From positions 1,758 through 65,757 of the forward strand of contig DATIZN010000028.1 in assembly GCA_035517075.1 (NCBI GenBank): a stretch of DNA of 64,000 nt. The letters run 5' to 3'. This document shows positions 55,231 to 64,000 of the stretch, one piece after another. A program made the position numbers and the translations under genes. Under the pieces are notes generated by a model. That model had not been told where the DNA came from. It saw only the letters and a list, made by a program, of their open reading frames with translations, and did not search any database. Position 1 is the first letter of the stretch. Each line of letters opens with the position of its first letter. The DNA is from Gaiellaceae bacterium. GTDB taxonomy: Bacteria; Actinomycetota; Thermoleophilia; Gaiellales; Gaiellaceae.

Positions 55231-56829
55231 ATGACCGTGTTCCGTCCGCTCGTCGAGCGCCGCACCTACCGCGAGCTCCTGTTCCTGCTCTCGGGGGCTC
55301 CGCTGGCGGCGGCGTGGTTCGGCCTGCTGCTCGCCGGCTGGCTCGCCGTCGGCCTCCTGGCGGTGACGCCGCTCGTCGTCCCCGCGCTCGTCGCCTTCCG
55401 CTGGGCTACCTGGCTCGCGGCGGCGGCGGAGGCGGCGGTCGCGCGCGGGCTCCTCGGCGTCGACGTGCGCCTCTCGCGTCCCCGGCCTGCCGGGCGTGGC
55501 TACTGGGGCCGCATCCGGGCCGGGCTCGCCGACCCGACGTTCTGGGCGCAGCAGCTGTATCTCGTCCTGCGCACGACCCTGGGCTTCGGGATCGCCGTCG
55601 GCCTCGCGAGCGTCGTCGGCGTCTCGCTGCAGCTCGTCGTCCTGCCCGTGACGTACAGCCACTTCCACGAAGACGTCCTCGGCCTGCACGTGCAGACGGG
55701 CGGGACGGCGTTCGCGCTCGTCCCCCTCGGCCTGGTCGGCGTCGTCGCCTCCGCGTGGCTCGTGCGGGGCCTGGCCGCCATGTGGGCGCGGCTGGCGCGG
55801 ATGCTGGCGGAGCCGTTCGCGGCGAGCCTCCCGCGGACCGACGTGCAGGGGATCCTCCGCCGCCTGCTGCCGGCCCACGCGGCGTTCTACGCCGGCCTGA
55901 ACCTGATCCTGATCGTGATCTGGGCGCTGACCACCCGCGCGTACTTCTGGCCGGAGTGGACGCTCATGCCGCTGGCGGTGCCGCTCGCGATCCATGCCTG
56001 GACGGTGTTCGTCGACAGCGGCGACCCGCGCCGCATCGCGCGCACGCGCGCCCTGGCCATCGACCTCGGCGCGGCCATGACGCTGTTCCTGTTCTTCGTC
56101 GGGATCTGGGCGGTGACGACGCGGGCGTACTTCTGGCCGATGTGGCCCGGCCTCGGCCTGGCGGTCGTGGTCGGCCTGCATGCTCTCGCCACGATGACGC
56201 GCCGCATCGACGTGCTGACGACAACGCGCGCCGGCGCGGTCGAGTCGGCCGAGTCGGAGCTGCGACGCATCGAGCGCGACCTGCACGACGGCGCGCAGGC
56301 GAGGCTCGTCGCGATCGGGATGAGCCTCGGCCTCGCCGAACAGAAGCTCGCGGACGACCCCGAGGCCGCGCGCACCCTGCTCGCCGAGGCGCGTGCCGGG
56401 ACGGGGGACGCGCTCCGCGACCTCCGCGATCTCACGCGCGGCATCCACCCGCCCATCCTCGCCGACCGCGGACTCGAGCCTGCGCTCGCCGCGCTCGTCG
56501 CCCGCGTCCCCCTCTTCGTCGAGCTCCGGGTCGACCTCGCCGAGCGGCCCCGCGAGCCGGTCGAGTCGGCTGCCTACTTCGTCGCCGCGGAGGCGCTCGC
56601 GAACGCGGCGAAGCACGGCGGAGCAGCACGCGTCGATATCCGCGCCGTACGCATCGGCGACGCGGTCGTCGTCACGATCATGGACGACGGACACGGCGGA
56701 GCAAACCCGGCCGGCGCCGGCCTGCAGGGCCTGCGGGGACGGGTCGAGGCGCTCGACGGGACCTTCCGGGTCGACAGCCCGCCCGGCGGACCGACAATCG
56801 TGGAGGCGGTGCTGCCCTGCGCGTCGTGA
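55231..56829 (+). CDS. NarL-type sensor histidine kinase (multi-TM sensor, HisKA_3 + HATPase)
   Basis: The H-box is ELRRIERDLHDGAQARLVAIGMSL and the ATPase region is ...YFVAAEALANAAKHG...DDGHGG...GLQGLRGRVEAL. An internal duplicated 2-TM unit is present (IWALTTRAYFWPEW... / IWAVTTRAYFWPMW...). The start is ATG 55231 or GTG 55228. Confidence 0.9.
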   Translation: MTVFRPLVERRTYRELLFLLSGAPLAAAWFGLLLAGWLAVGLLAVTPLVVPALVAFRWATWLAAAAEAAVARGLLGVDVRLSRPRPAGRGYWGRIRAGLADPTFWAQQLYLVLRTTLGFGIAVGLASVVGVSLQLVVLPVTYSHFHEDVLGLHVQTGGTAFALVPLGLVGVVASAWLVRGLAAMWARLARMLAEPFAASLPRTDVQGILRRLLPAHAAFYAGLNLILIVIWALTTRAYFWPEWTLMPLAVPLAIHAWTVFVDSGDPRRIARTRALAIDLGAAMTLFLFFVGIWAVTTRAYFWPMWPGLGLAVVVGLHALATMTRRIDVLTTTRAGAVESAESELRRIERDLHDGAQARLVAIGMSLGLAEQKLADDPEAARTLLAEARAGTGDALRDLRDLTRGIHPPILADRGLEPALAALVARVPLFVELRVDLAERPREPVESAAYFVAAEALANAAKHGGAARVDIRAVRIGDAVVVTIMDDGHGGANPAGAGLQGLRGRVEALDGTFRVDSPPGGPTIVEAVLPCAS

Positions 56830-57461
56830 TCGCCGAGGACCTCGCGCTCCTGCGCGACGGGCTCACCCGGCTGTTGCGCGACAACGGCTTCGACGTTGTC
56901 GCCGCCGTCGCCGACGGCGACGCGCTCGTGCACGGGGTGATGCTCGAGGAGCCGGAGATCGCGATCGTCGACGTGCGCCTGCCGCCGACCTTCCGCGACG
57001 AGGGCCTGCGTGCCGCGCTCGAGGCACGGAGACTCCGACCGCAGACAGCGATCCTCATCGTCTCCCAGTACGTCGAGCACGCCTACGCCGCCGAACTGCT
57101 CGCCGACGCGCGCGGGGGTGTCGGCTACCTGCTCAAGGACCGGATCATGGACGTCGCCGAATTCGTCGAAGCCGTGCGGCGAGTCGCTGCCGGCGGGACG
57201 GCGCTCGACCCCGAGGTGGTGGCGCAACTCTTCACCACCCGCAACCGTGCCGGGCCGCTCGAGCGGCTCTCGCCGCGCGAGCTCGAGGTCCTCGCCCTGA
57301 TGGCCGAGGGCCGCTCCAACGCCGGCATCGCCGAGGCGCTCGTCGTCACCGTCGGCGCGGTCGAGAAGCACGTGGCCAGCATCCTCCACAAGCTCGACCT
57401 ACCGCCCTCGGAGAGCGACCACCGGCGCGTTCTCGCCGTCCTCGAGTACCTCCAGGGATAG
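56826..57461 (+). CDS. NarL/LuxR-family response regulator
   Basis: GTGA overlap with the kinase stop. ...IAEDLALLRDGLTRLL...IAIVDVRLPP...LSPRELEVLALMAEGRSNAGIAEALVVTVGAVEKHVASILHKL. An upstream CTG 56817 would give the more typical N-terminus MRVVIAED. Confidence 0.92.
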   Translation: MIAEDLALLRDGLTRLLRDNGFDVVAAVADGDALVHGVMLEEPEIAIVDVRLPPTFRDEGLRAALEARRLRPQTAILIVSQYVEHAYAAELLADARGGVGYLLKDRIMDVAEFVEAVRRVAAGGTALDPEVVAQLFTTRNRAGPLERLSPRELEVLALMAEGRSNAGIAEALVVTVGAVEKHVASILHKLDLPPSESDHRRVLAVLEYLQG

Positions 57462-57482
57462 CGGCTCCATAGACTCAGCACG

Positions 57483-57893
57483 GTGAGTCAGGACGCCGTC
57501 GAGCTGCTCTTCCGCGGCTACCGCGCCTTCGTCGATCGCGACCTCGAGGCGATGGCGAGCATGCTCGATCCGGACGTGGAGTGGGTGGCGGCCGGCGAGG
57601 AGGCGATCCTCGTCAACCGCGACCGCGTGCTCGAGGTGCTGGCCGAGCGCGTCGAGGAGGACTACCACGTCGTCGTCGACCGGGCGATCGGGCTGTCCGA
57701 TCGCGTCGTCGTCAGCATGCGCTTCTCGCGCGTCGAGACCGACCCGACCGACGAGCGCCCGCTCCAGAGCCGCCGCTCGTATCTCCTCGGACGCTGGGCC
57801 GCGGTCGTCCACGCGCGCGACGGACGCATCGTGCGCGTCGAGGAGTTTCCGCACCTCGAGGGGGCGCTGCAGGCGGTCGGCATCGGCAAGTAG
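57483..57893 (+). CDS. SnoaL/NTF2-like fold protein
   Basis: ...AVELLFRGYRAFVDRDLEAMASMLDPDVEW... is typical of SnoaL-like domains. The function is unknown. Confidence 0.7.
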   Translation: MSQDAVELLFRGYRAFVDRDLEAMASMLDPDVEWVAAGEEAILVNRDRVLEVLAERVEEDYHVVVDRAIGLSDRVVVSMRFSRVETDPTDERPLQSRRSYLLGRWAAVVHARDGRIVRVEEFPHLEGALQAVGIGK

Positions 57894-57894
57894 G

Positions 57895-57900
57895 TACAAT
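57895..57900 (+). promoter_or_regulatory. candidate -10 box (TACAAT) upstream of lon
   Basis: TACAAT lies 36 nt upstream of the lon TTG. I see no convincing -35 box, and no HAIR/CIRCE-like inverted repeat. Confidence 0.25.
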
Positions 57901-57936
57901 CCGGATACCTACTACACAGCTTGGAGTGATTCAGCT

Positions 57937-60225
<2,289 letters not shown>

Positions 60226-60227
60226 CG

Positions 60228-60545
60228 ATGCGCTGCCGTTCCTGCCGTCCGCTGCCAGAGGAGGTCGCCCGCGCCGTCGATCTCCTCGGGCGCCGCTGGG
60301 TGCTCGCGATCCTCTGGGCCTCGGCGGAGGCCGGCGCGGTCCGCTTCAACGAGTTCAAGCAGACCCTCGAGGGCATTCCGCCGCGAACACTCGCGACCCG
60401 GCTTGCGGACCTCGAGAAGGCGGGGATCCTCGAGCGCCGCGTCCTTCACACGCGGCCGCCGCGCGTGGAGTATCGGCTGACGGAGCCGGGACAGCGTCTT
60501 CGCTACGTCATCGAGGCGCTGCACACCTGGGCGCAGGCGTCCTAG
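60228..60545 (+). CDS. HxlR-family winged-helix transcriptional regulator
   Basis: MRCRSCRPLPEEVARAVDLLGRRWVLAILWASAEAGAVRFNEFKQTLEGIPPRTLATRLADLEKAGILERRV...YRLTEPG. Confidence 0.88.
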   Translation: MRCRSCRPLPEEVARAVDLLGRRWVLAILWASAEAGAVRFNEFKQTLEGIPPRTLATRLADLEKAGILERRVLHTRPPRVEYRLTEPGQRLRYVIEALHTWAQAS

Positions 60546-60585
60546 CGACGCAGCCGGCGCGAGGGCGGCGAGACCGGTAGGGCTA

Positions 60586-60688
60586 GACCGGTAGCAGCTA
60601 CCGTCACGAACGCGTGACGGGCGATCCGCGTGCCGCTCAACGAGAGGCAGAACTGCGTTACAGAGACGTGCGGTAGCTGCTACCGGCC
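60586..60688. repeat. inverted-repeat element, copy B (opposite orientation to copy A, 103 nt)
   Basis: GACCGGTAGCAGCTACCG (60586-60603) pairs with CGGTAGCTGCTACCGGCC (60671-60688), and the inner TCACG/CGTG is conserved. The reverse complement shares 29/33 leading and 23/27 trailing nt with copy A (hand alignment). Confidence 0.75.
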
Positions 60689-61190
60689 TCCCTCGGTCGG
60701 ACGCGCTCGCGCGTGAGGCCCAGCTCGCGCCCGATCATCTCGAGCGACTTCGGATCCGGGTCGCCGTCCAGGCCGTAGCGGAGCTTGATCACCTCTTCTC
60801 GCGCTCCGGAGGCTTCTCGATCTCCGCCCGCAGAGCGTCCTCGCCGAGCCCGACGACGACCTCCTCCTCGACGTCCGCTCCGCGGTGGGTCGCGACGATG
60901 TCGCCGAATGCGGTGTCGCCCTCGTCGCCGAGCGGCCTGTCCGAGGCTCGCCACCGCCCCGCGCCGCCGTACGCGTCCCGCGCACGTGCTCGAGGGACAG
61001 CTTCGCCGCCTTCGCACCTCCTCGTCGCTCGGCGCCCGCCCCAGCTTCAGCGTCAGCTCCCACTCGGCGCGCGCGATCTTCCGCTGGCGCTCGACGATGT
61101 GGACGGAGATCCGGATCGTCCGCGACTTGTTCGCGACGCCACGCTGCACCGCCTACCGGACGATCGGGGGCGTATCCGGTCGGTGCCCTA
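60689..61190 (-). pseudogene. decayed sigma-70 family gene remnant (regions 2.4 to 4.2 only)
   Basis: Homology is spread over three minus-strand frames: IVR*AVQRGVANKSRTIRISVHIVERQRKIARAEWELTLKLGRAPSDEEV | AKAAKLSLEHVR | SDRPLGDEGDTAFGDIVA...LRAEIEKPPEREK | EVIKLRYGLDGDPDPKSLEMIGRELGLTRERVR. There are at least 3 frameshifts and one in-frame TAG where Q is expected. Regions 1-2 and the last part of 4.2 are missing. Confidence 0.8.
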
Positions 61191-61266
61191 CCTTGCGTCT
61201 TGCCGGGGCTCGCGCGTCTCTGACGCGCCTGGGCTTTCCCCGCACCGAGGGGTAGACTGCGGACTG

Positions 61267-61551
61267 GTGGCGCCGGACACGGTCTGGGAGATCGTCTTTC
61301 TCATGGTGATCCTGAAGATTCCGATCGCCTACCTGTGCAGCGTCGTCTGGGTCGCGATCAAGGCGACGCCGCGCCGCGGCGGATCGGACGGGGTCGGCGT
61401 GCGCGTGGCGCCGGAGCCGCCCGAGGGAGGGTCGGCCCACCGGCGGCGCAGGCGCCCGCGCCCCGTGCGGCCGCACGGCTCTCCCGCGCGCGCGTACGCG
61501 CGGAGTGCGCGTGTCGCGGTCGCCCGGGCCGATAGGATCGCTCGCCGGTGA
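61267..61551 (+). CDS. hypothetical small membrane protein (1 TM helix + Arg-rich tail)
   Basis: GTG 61267 (or ATG 61303). ...DTVWEIVFLMVILKIPIAYLCSVVWVAIKATPRRGG... Its stop overlaps the next start (GTGA). Confidence 0.45.
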   Translation: MAPDTVWEIVFLMVILKIPIAYLCSVVWVAIKATPRRGGSDGVGVRVAPEPPEGGSAHRRRRRPRPVRPHGSPARAYARSARVAVARADRIARR

Positions 61552-61823
61552 GCTCTGAGACGCCGATCTTCGACGAGCCGGCGCACCGTCGCCCGTCCGA
61601 GACGGTTTCCGGCTACCTCGCCGCGCTCGCCATCTTCGCGAGCGTCGTCGGGCTGGCCTGGCATCCGCTGCGGCTGATCCTGCCTGCGATCCTGATCTCG
61701 CTCATCGCTGGAGGGATGGCCGGGCCGCGGCGGCGGCTCCAGCTCGCGGCGATCATGATCTGCGCCGTTTGCTTCTTCCTCGGGATGACGATCGCCGTCA
61801 TCACCAGCCACCCGCTGTACTAG
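61548..61823 (+). CDS. hypothetical small membrane protein (2-3 TM helices, 91 aa)
   Basis: GC3-rich. ...VSGYLAALAIFASVVGLAWHPLRLILPAILISLIAGGMAG...AAIMICAVCFFLGMTIAVI... Confidence 0.55.
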   Translation: MSSETPIFDEPAHRRPSETVSGYLAALAIFASVVGLAWHPLRLILPAILISLIAGGMAGPRRRLQLAAIMICAVCFFLGMTIAVITSHPLY

Positions 61824-61901
61824 CTAGGCCCTCCTGAAGGTAGGCGCGAAAAAGCGCCGGTCAGCGGGGCCGTGCCTCATGGTTGCTACAACAAGCGCGA
61901 C

Positions 61902-64000
61902 ATGAGCGCGCACGACGTCGACGGGATGAACAGCGGCTACGCCGCGCTCCTGCTCGAGCAATACCTCGACAATCCGGCCTCCGTTCCGGAGGCGTGGCGC
62001 GAGCTGTTCGAAAGCGAGCCGGAAGCCCTCCTGCGCCGTCAGCCCGGGCTCGCGCGGCTGCTCGACCTCGTGCGCGAGGACGGGAACGGGAGCCGGGTCG
62101 CTCCTGCCGCGGTCACCGAGCCGCCGCCCATCGAGCCGGCGCTCGCGCCGGCCGCGCCCGCACCGCCCGCACCGCCGGCCGATCGGGAGATCCTCGGGGC
62201 AGTCGCCGCCGCGACGTCGCTCGTGAAGGCGTTCCGGATGCACGGCCACCTCGCGGCACGCCTCGACCCGCTCGGCTCCGAGCCGCACGGCGACCCGGCG
62301 CTCGAGCCCGAGCGGCTGACGCCGAAGCTCACGCCCGAGCTGCAGGCCCGCGTCCCGGCGGGCGTCCTTCGCCTCTTCGTCGAGGGCGAGACGCTCGCCG
62401 ACGCCCTGCCCCGTCTCCGCGAGACGTACACGGGAACGATCGCGTACGAGATCGAGCACATCTCCGACCACGAGGAGCGCGTCTGGCTACGGCAGGCGAT
62501 CGAGTCGGGCCGCTACCGGCGTCCGCTGTCGCGCGACGAGCGGGTGCGGCTGCTCGGCCGCCTGAGCCAGGTGGAGGGGATGGAGCAGTACCTCCGCCGG
62601 GCGTTCCTCGGCCAGAAGCAGTTCTCCGTCGAGGGGCTCGACGTGATGATCCCGATGCTCGACGAGGCGATCGAGCTCGCAGCGGAGGACGGCGCGCACG
62701 AGGTCGTCATCGGCATGGCGCACCGCGGCCGGCTCAACGTGCTCGCCCACGTCGTCGGGCGTCCCTACGAGACGATCCTACGCGAGTTCGAGGGCGAGCG
62801 GACGATCGAGGCCGTCGTCTCGACCGAGGAAGGCGGCACCGGGGACGTGAAGTACCACCTCGGGGCGCAGGGCACCCGCTCGACGCAGGCGGGGGATATC
62901 ACGATCACGCTCGTGTCGAATCCGAGCCACCTCGAGGCGGTCGACCCGGTCGTCGAGGGCCGCGCCCGCGCCGAGCAGACCGACCGCTCGTCGCGCGAGG
63001 GCTACCACGACCCGAGCGTCGCGCTCCCGATCCTCATCCACGGCGACGCGTCGTTCGCCGGCCAGGGCAGCGTCGCCGAGACGCTCAACCTCGAGGCGCT
63101 CGCCGGCTACTCGACCGGCGGGACGCTCCATCTCATCTCGAACAACCAGGTCGGCTTCACGACCGATCCCGAGTCGGGCCGGTCGACGCGCTACTCGAGC
63201 GATCTCGCGAAGGGCTTCGACGTCCCGATCGTCCACGTCAACGCCGACGATCCGGAGGCTGCGCTGGCTGCGATCCGCCTCGCGCTCGCCTACCGGCGCC
63301 GCTTCGGCCACGACGTCGTCGTCGACCTCGTCGGCTACCGGCGGCACGGCCACAACGAGCAGGACGAGGCCGCCTACACGCAGCCGCTCTATGCGGCCGC
63401 GATCGCCGAGCATGCCACGGTCCGCGCGCAGTTCGCGGCCCGCCTCGTCGCCGACGGCGACCTCACGCAGCAGCAGGCGGACGAGCTCGAGGGAGAGGTG
63501 ACGAGGCAGCTCCGCACGGCGCATGACGCCCTGAAGGAGACCTTCGGCCTCTCCGAGGCGCCTCCGGTCGACGACACGCGGCTGCCGGCTGCGACCGGCG
63601 AGCAGGTCGTCACGGCGATCGCCGCCGAGCGGCTGCGCTCGCTCAACGAGCAGCTGCTCCGCTTCCCCGCCGGGTTCGAGCCGCACCCGAAGCTCCTGCG
63701 GCAGCTCGAGCGCCGGCGCGAGACGCTCGAGGAAGGCGGGATCGACTGGGGACAGGCGGAGTCGCTCGCGTTCGCGTCGCTCCTCGTCGAGGGGATCCCG
63801 ATCCGCCTCACCGGCCAGGACACCGAGCGCGGCACCTTCAGCCAGCGGCACATGGTCCTGCACGACGCCAAGACCGGGCAGACCGTCTGTCCGATCCAGA
63901 ACCTGCCCGACGCCCGAGCACCGCTCGAGCTGCACAACAGCCCGCTGTCGGAGCTCGCCTGCATGGGCTTCGAGTACGGCTACAGCCAGGAAGCACCCGA
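61902..64000 (+). CDS. sucA: 2-oxoglutarate dehydrogenase E1 component, N-terminal ~700 aa (3' end outside window); absent from the ORF track
   Basis: ATG 61902. MSAHDVDGMNSGYAALLLEQYLDNPASVPEAWRELF...AFRMHGHLAARLDPLG...GQKQFSVEGLDVMIPMLDEAIE...GMAHRGRLNVLAHVVG...GDVKYHLG...HGDASFAGQGSVAETLNL...GGTLHLISNNQVGFTT...YRRHGHNEQDE. The frame stays open to the window end. Confidence 0.93.
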   Translation, partial: MSAHDVDGMNSGYAALLLEQYLDNPASVPEAWRELFESEPEALLRRQPGLARLLDLVREDGNGSRVAPAAVTEPPPIEPALAPAAPAPPAPPADREILGAVAAATSLVKAFRMHGHLAARLDPLGSEPHGDPALEPERLTPKLTPELQARVPAGVLRLFVEGETLADALPRLRETYTGTIAYEIEHISDHEERVWLRQAIESGRYRRPLSRDERVRLLGRLSQVEGMEQYLRRAFLGQKQFSVEGLDVMIPMLDEAIELAAEDGAHEVVIGMAHRGRLNVLAHVVGRPYETILREFEGERTIEAVVSTEEGGTGDVKYHLGAQGTRSTQAGDITITLVSNPSHLEAVDPVVEGRARAEQTDRSSREGYHDPSVALPILIHGDASFAGQGSVAETLNLEALAGYSTGGTLHLISNNQVGFTTDPESGRSTRYSSDLAKGFDVPIVHVNADDPEAALAAIRLALAYRRRFGHDVVVDLVGYRRHGHNEQDEAAYTQPLYAAAIAEHATVRAQFAARLVADGDLTQQQADELEGEVTRQLRTAHDALKETFGLSEAPPVDDTRLPAATGEQVVTAIAAERLRSLNEQLLRFPAGFEPHPKLLRQLERRRETLEEGGIDWGQAESLAFASLLVEGIPIRLTGQDTERGTFSQRHMVLHDAKTGQTVCPIQNLPDARAPLELHNSPLSELACMGFEYGYSQEAP

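Noticed and set aside
55880-56200. The internal duplication in the histidine kinase (IWALTTRAYFWPEW... / IWAVTTRAYFWPMW...).
   Set aside because: It matches the common repeated 2-TM sensor module seen in many actinobacterial NarL-type kinases. It is an ordinary domain repeat, not a DNA-level novelty.
56817-56828. A third CTG-start case (response regulator MRVVIAED from CTG 56817).
   Set aside because: A canonical GTG at 56826 in a GTGA overlap with the kinase stop is available. The CTG alternative rests only on N-terminal length expectations, so it is noted in the feature entry but not claimed.
57894-57936. A heat-shock operator (HAIR/CIRCE) upstream of lon. A TAGGTA-N9-TACCTA inverted repeat was noted.
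   Set aside because: The sequence CTTGGAGTGATTCAGCTTTGA does not form the CTTGAGT-N7-ACTCAAG palindrome. The 6-bp inverted repeat is short enough to arise by chance.

Overview
This is a very GC-rich bacterial chromosome segment. Third codon positions are almost always G/C, GTG/TTG starts are common, and many neighbouring genes overlap by 1-4 nt at stop/start. Gene content looks Actinomycetota-like (inference). The window is core genome, not an accessory island. In order it contains: the 3' end of rpoC; two inserted accessory genes; the complete str-S10-spc-alpha ribosomal super-operon (rpsL rpsG fusA tuf rpsJ rplC rplD rplW rplB rpsS rplV rpsC rplP rpmC rpsQ rplN rplX rplE rpsN rpsH rplF rplR rpsE rpmD rplO secY adk map infA rpmJ rpsM rpsK rpsD rpoA rplQ); a VIT-family membrane protein; truA; a GH38 mannosidase-like gene; a HAD phosphatase; ligA; a PBP4-type carboxypeptidase; an orphan NarL-type regulator; a divergent pair of coiled-coil cell-wall hydrolases; fadD; ku; an ssb paralogue; the rod-shape cluster mreB-(GNAT)-mreC-mreD-mrdA-rodA; RNase E/G; rplU-rpmA-obg-nadD-rsfS; rodZ; tRNA-Ala(GGC); MmpL plus a NarL-type two-component pair; lon; an HxlR regulator; a decayed sigma-70 remnant; and the 5' part of sucA. 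I found no CRISPR array, transposase, integrase, toxin-antitoxin pair or recognisable defence system, so I do not claim a new multi-gene system. The ORF track omits or truncates rpmD, rpmJ, rpsM, adk, rsfS, tRNA-Ala and sucA. Six things deserve a second look. (1) A roughly 100-116 nt element with 16-18 bp terminal inverted repeats occurs twice, each time between convergent genes, with a compensatory base-pair change between the copies; one copy abuts the truncated sigma remnant. (2) Three conserved genes can only reach full length from non-canonical starts: rpsM from ATC, and adk and rsfS from CTG inside CTGA stop/start overlaps. (3) Long Ala/Glu/Pro-rich and Arg/Gly-rich low-complexity extensions, partly built from in-frame DNA tandem repeats, sit on uS3, uS17, uS5, uL15, uL22, bL21 and RNase E. 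(4) A 13-bp hairpin plus a 7-codon uORF is coupled to rpsS. (5) Two divergent muralytic enzymes share a homologous coiled-coil module. (6) An ssb paralogue has its IPF tip buried by 7 extra residues.
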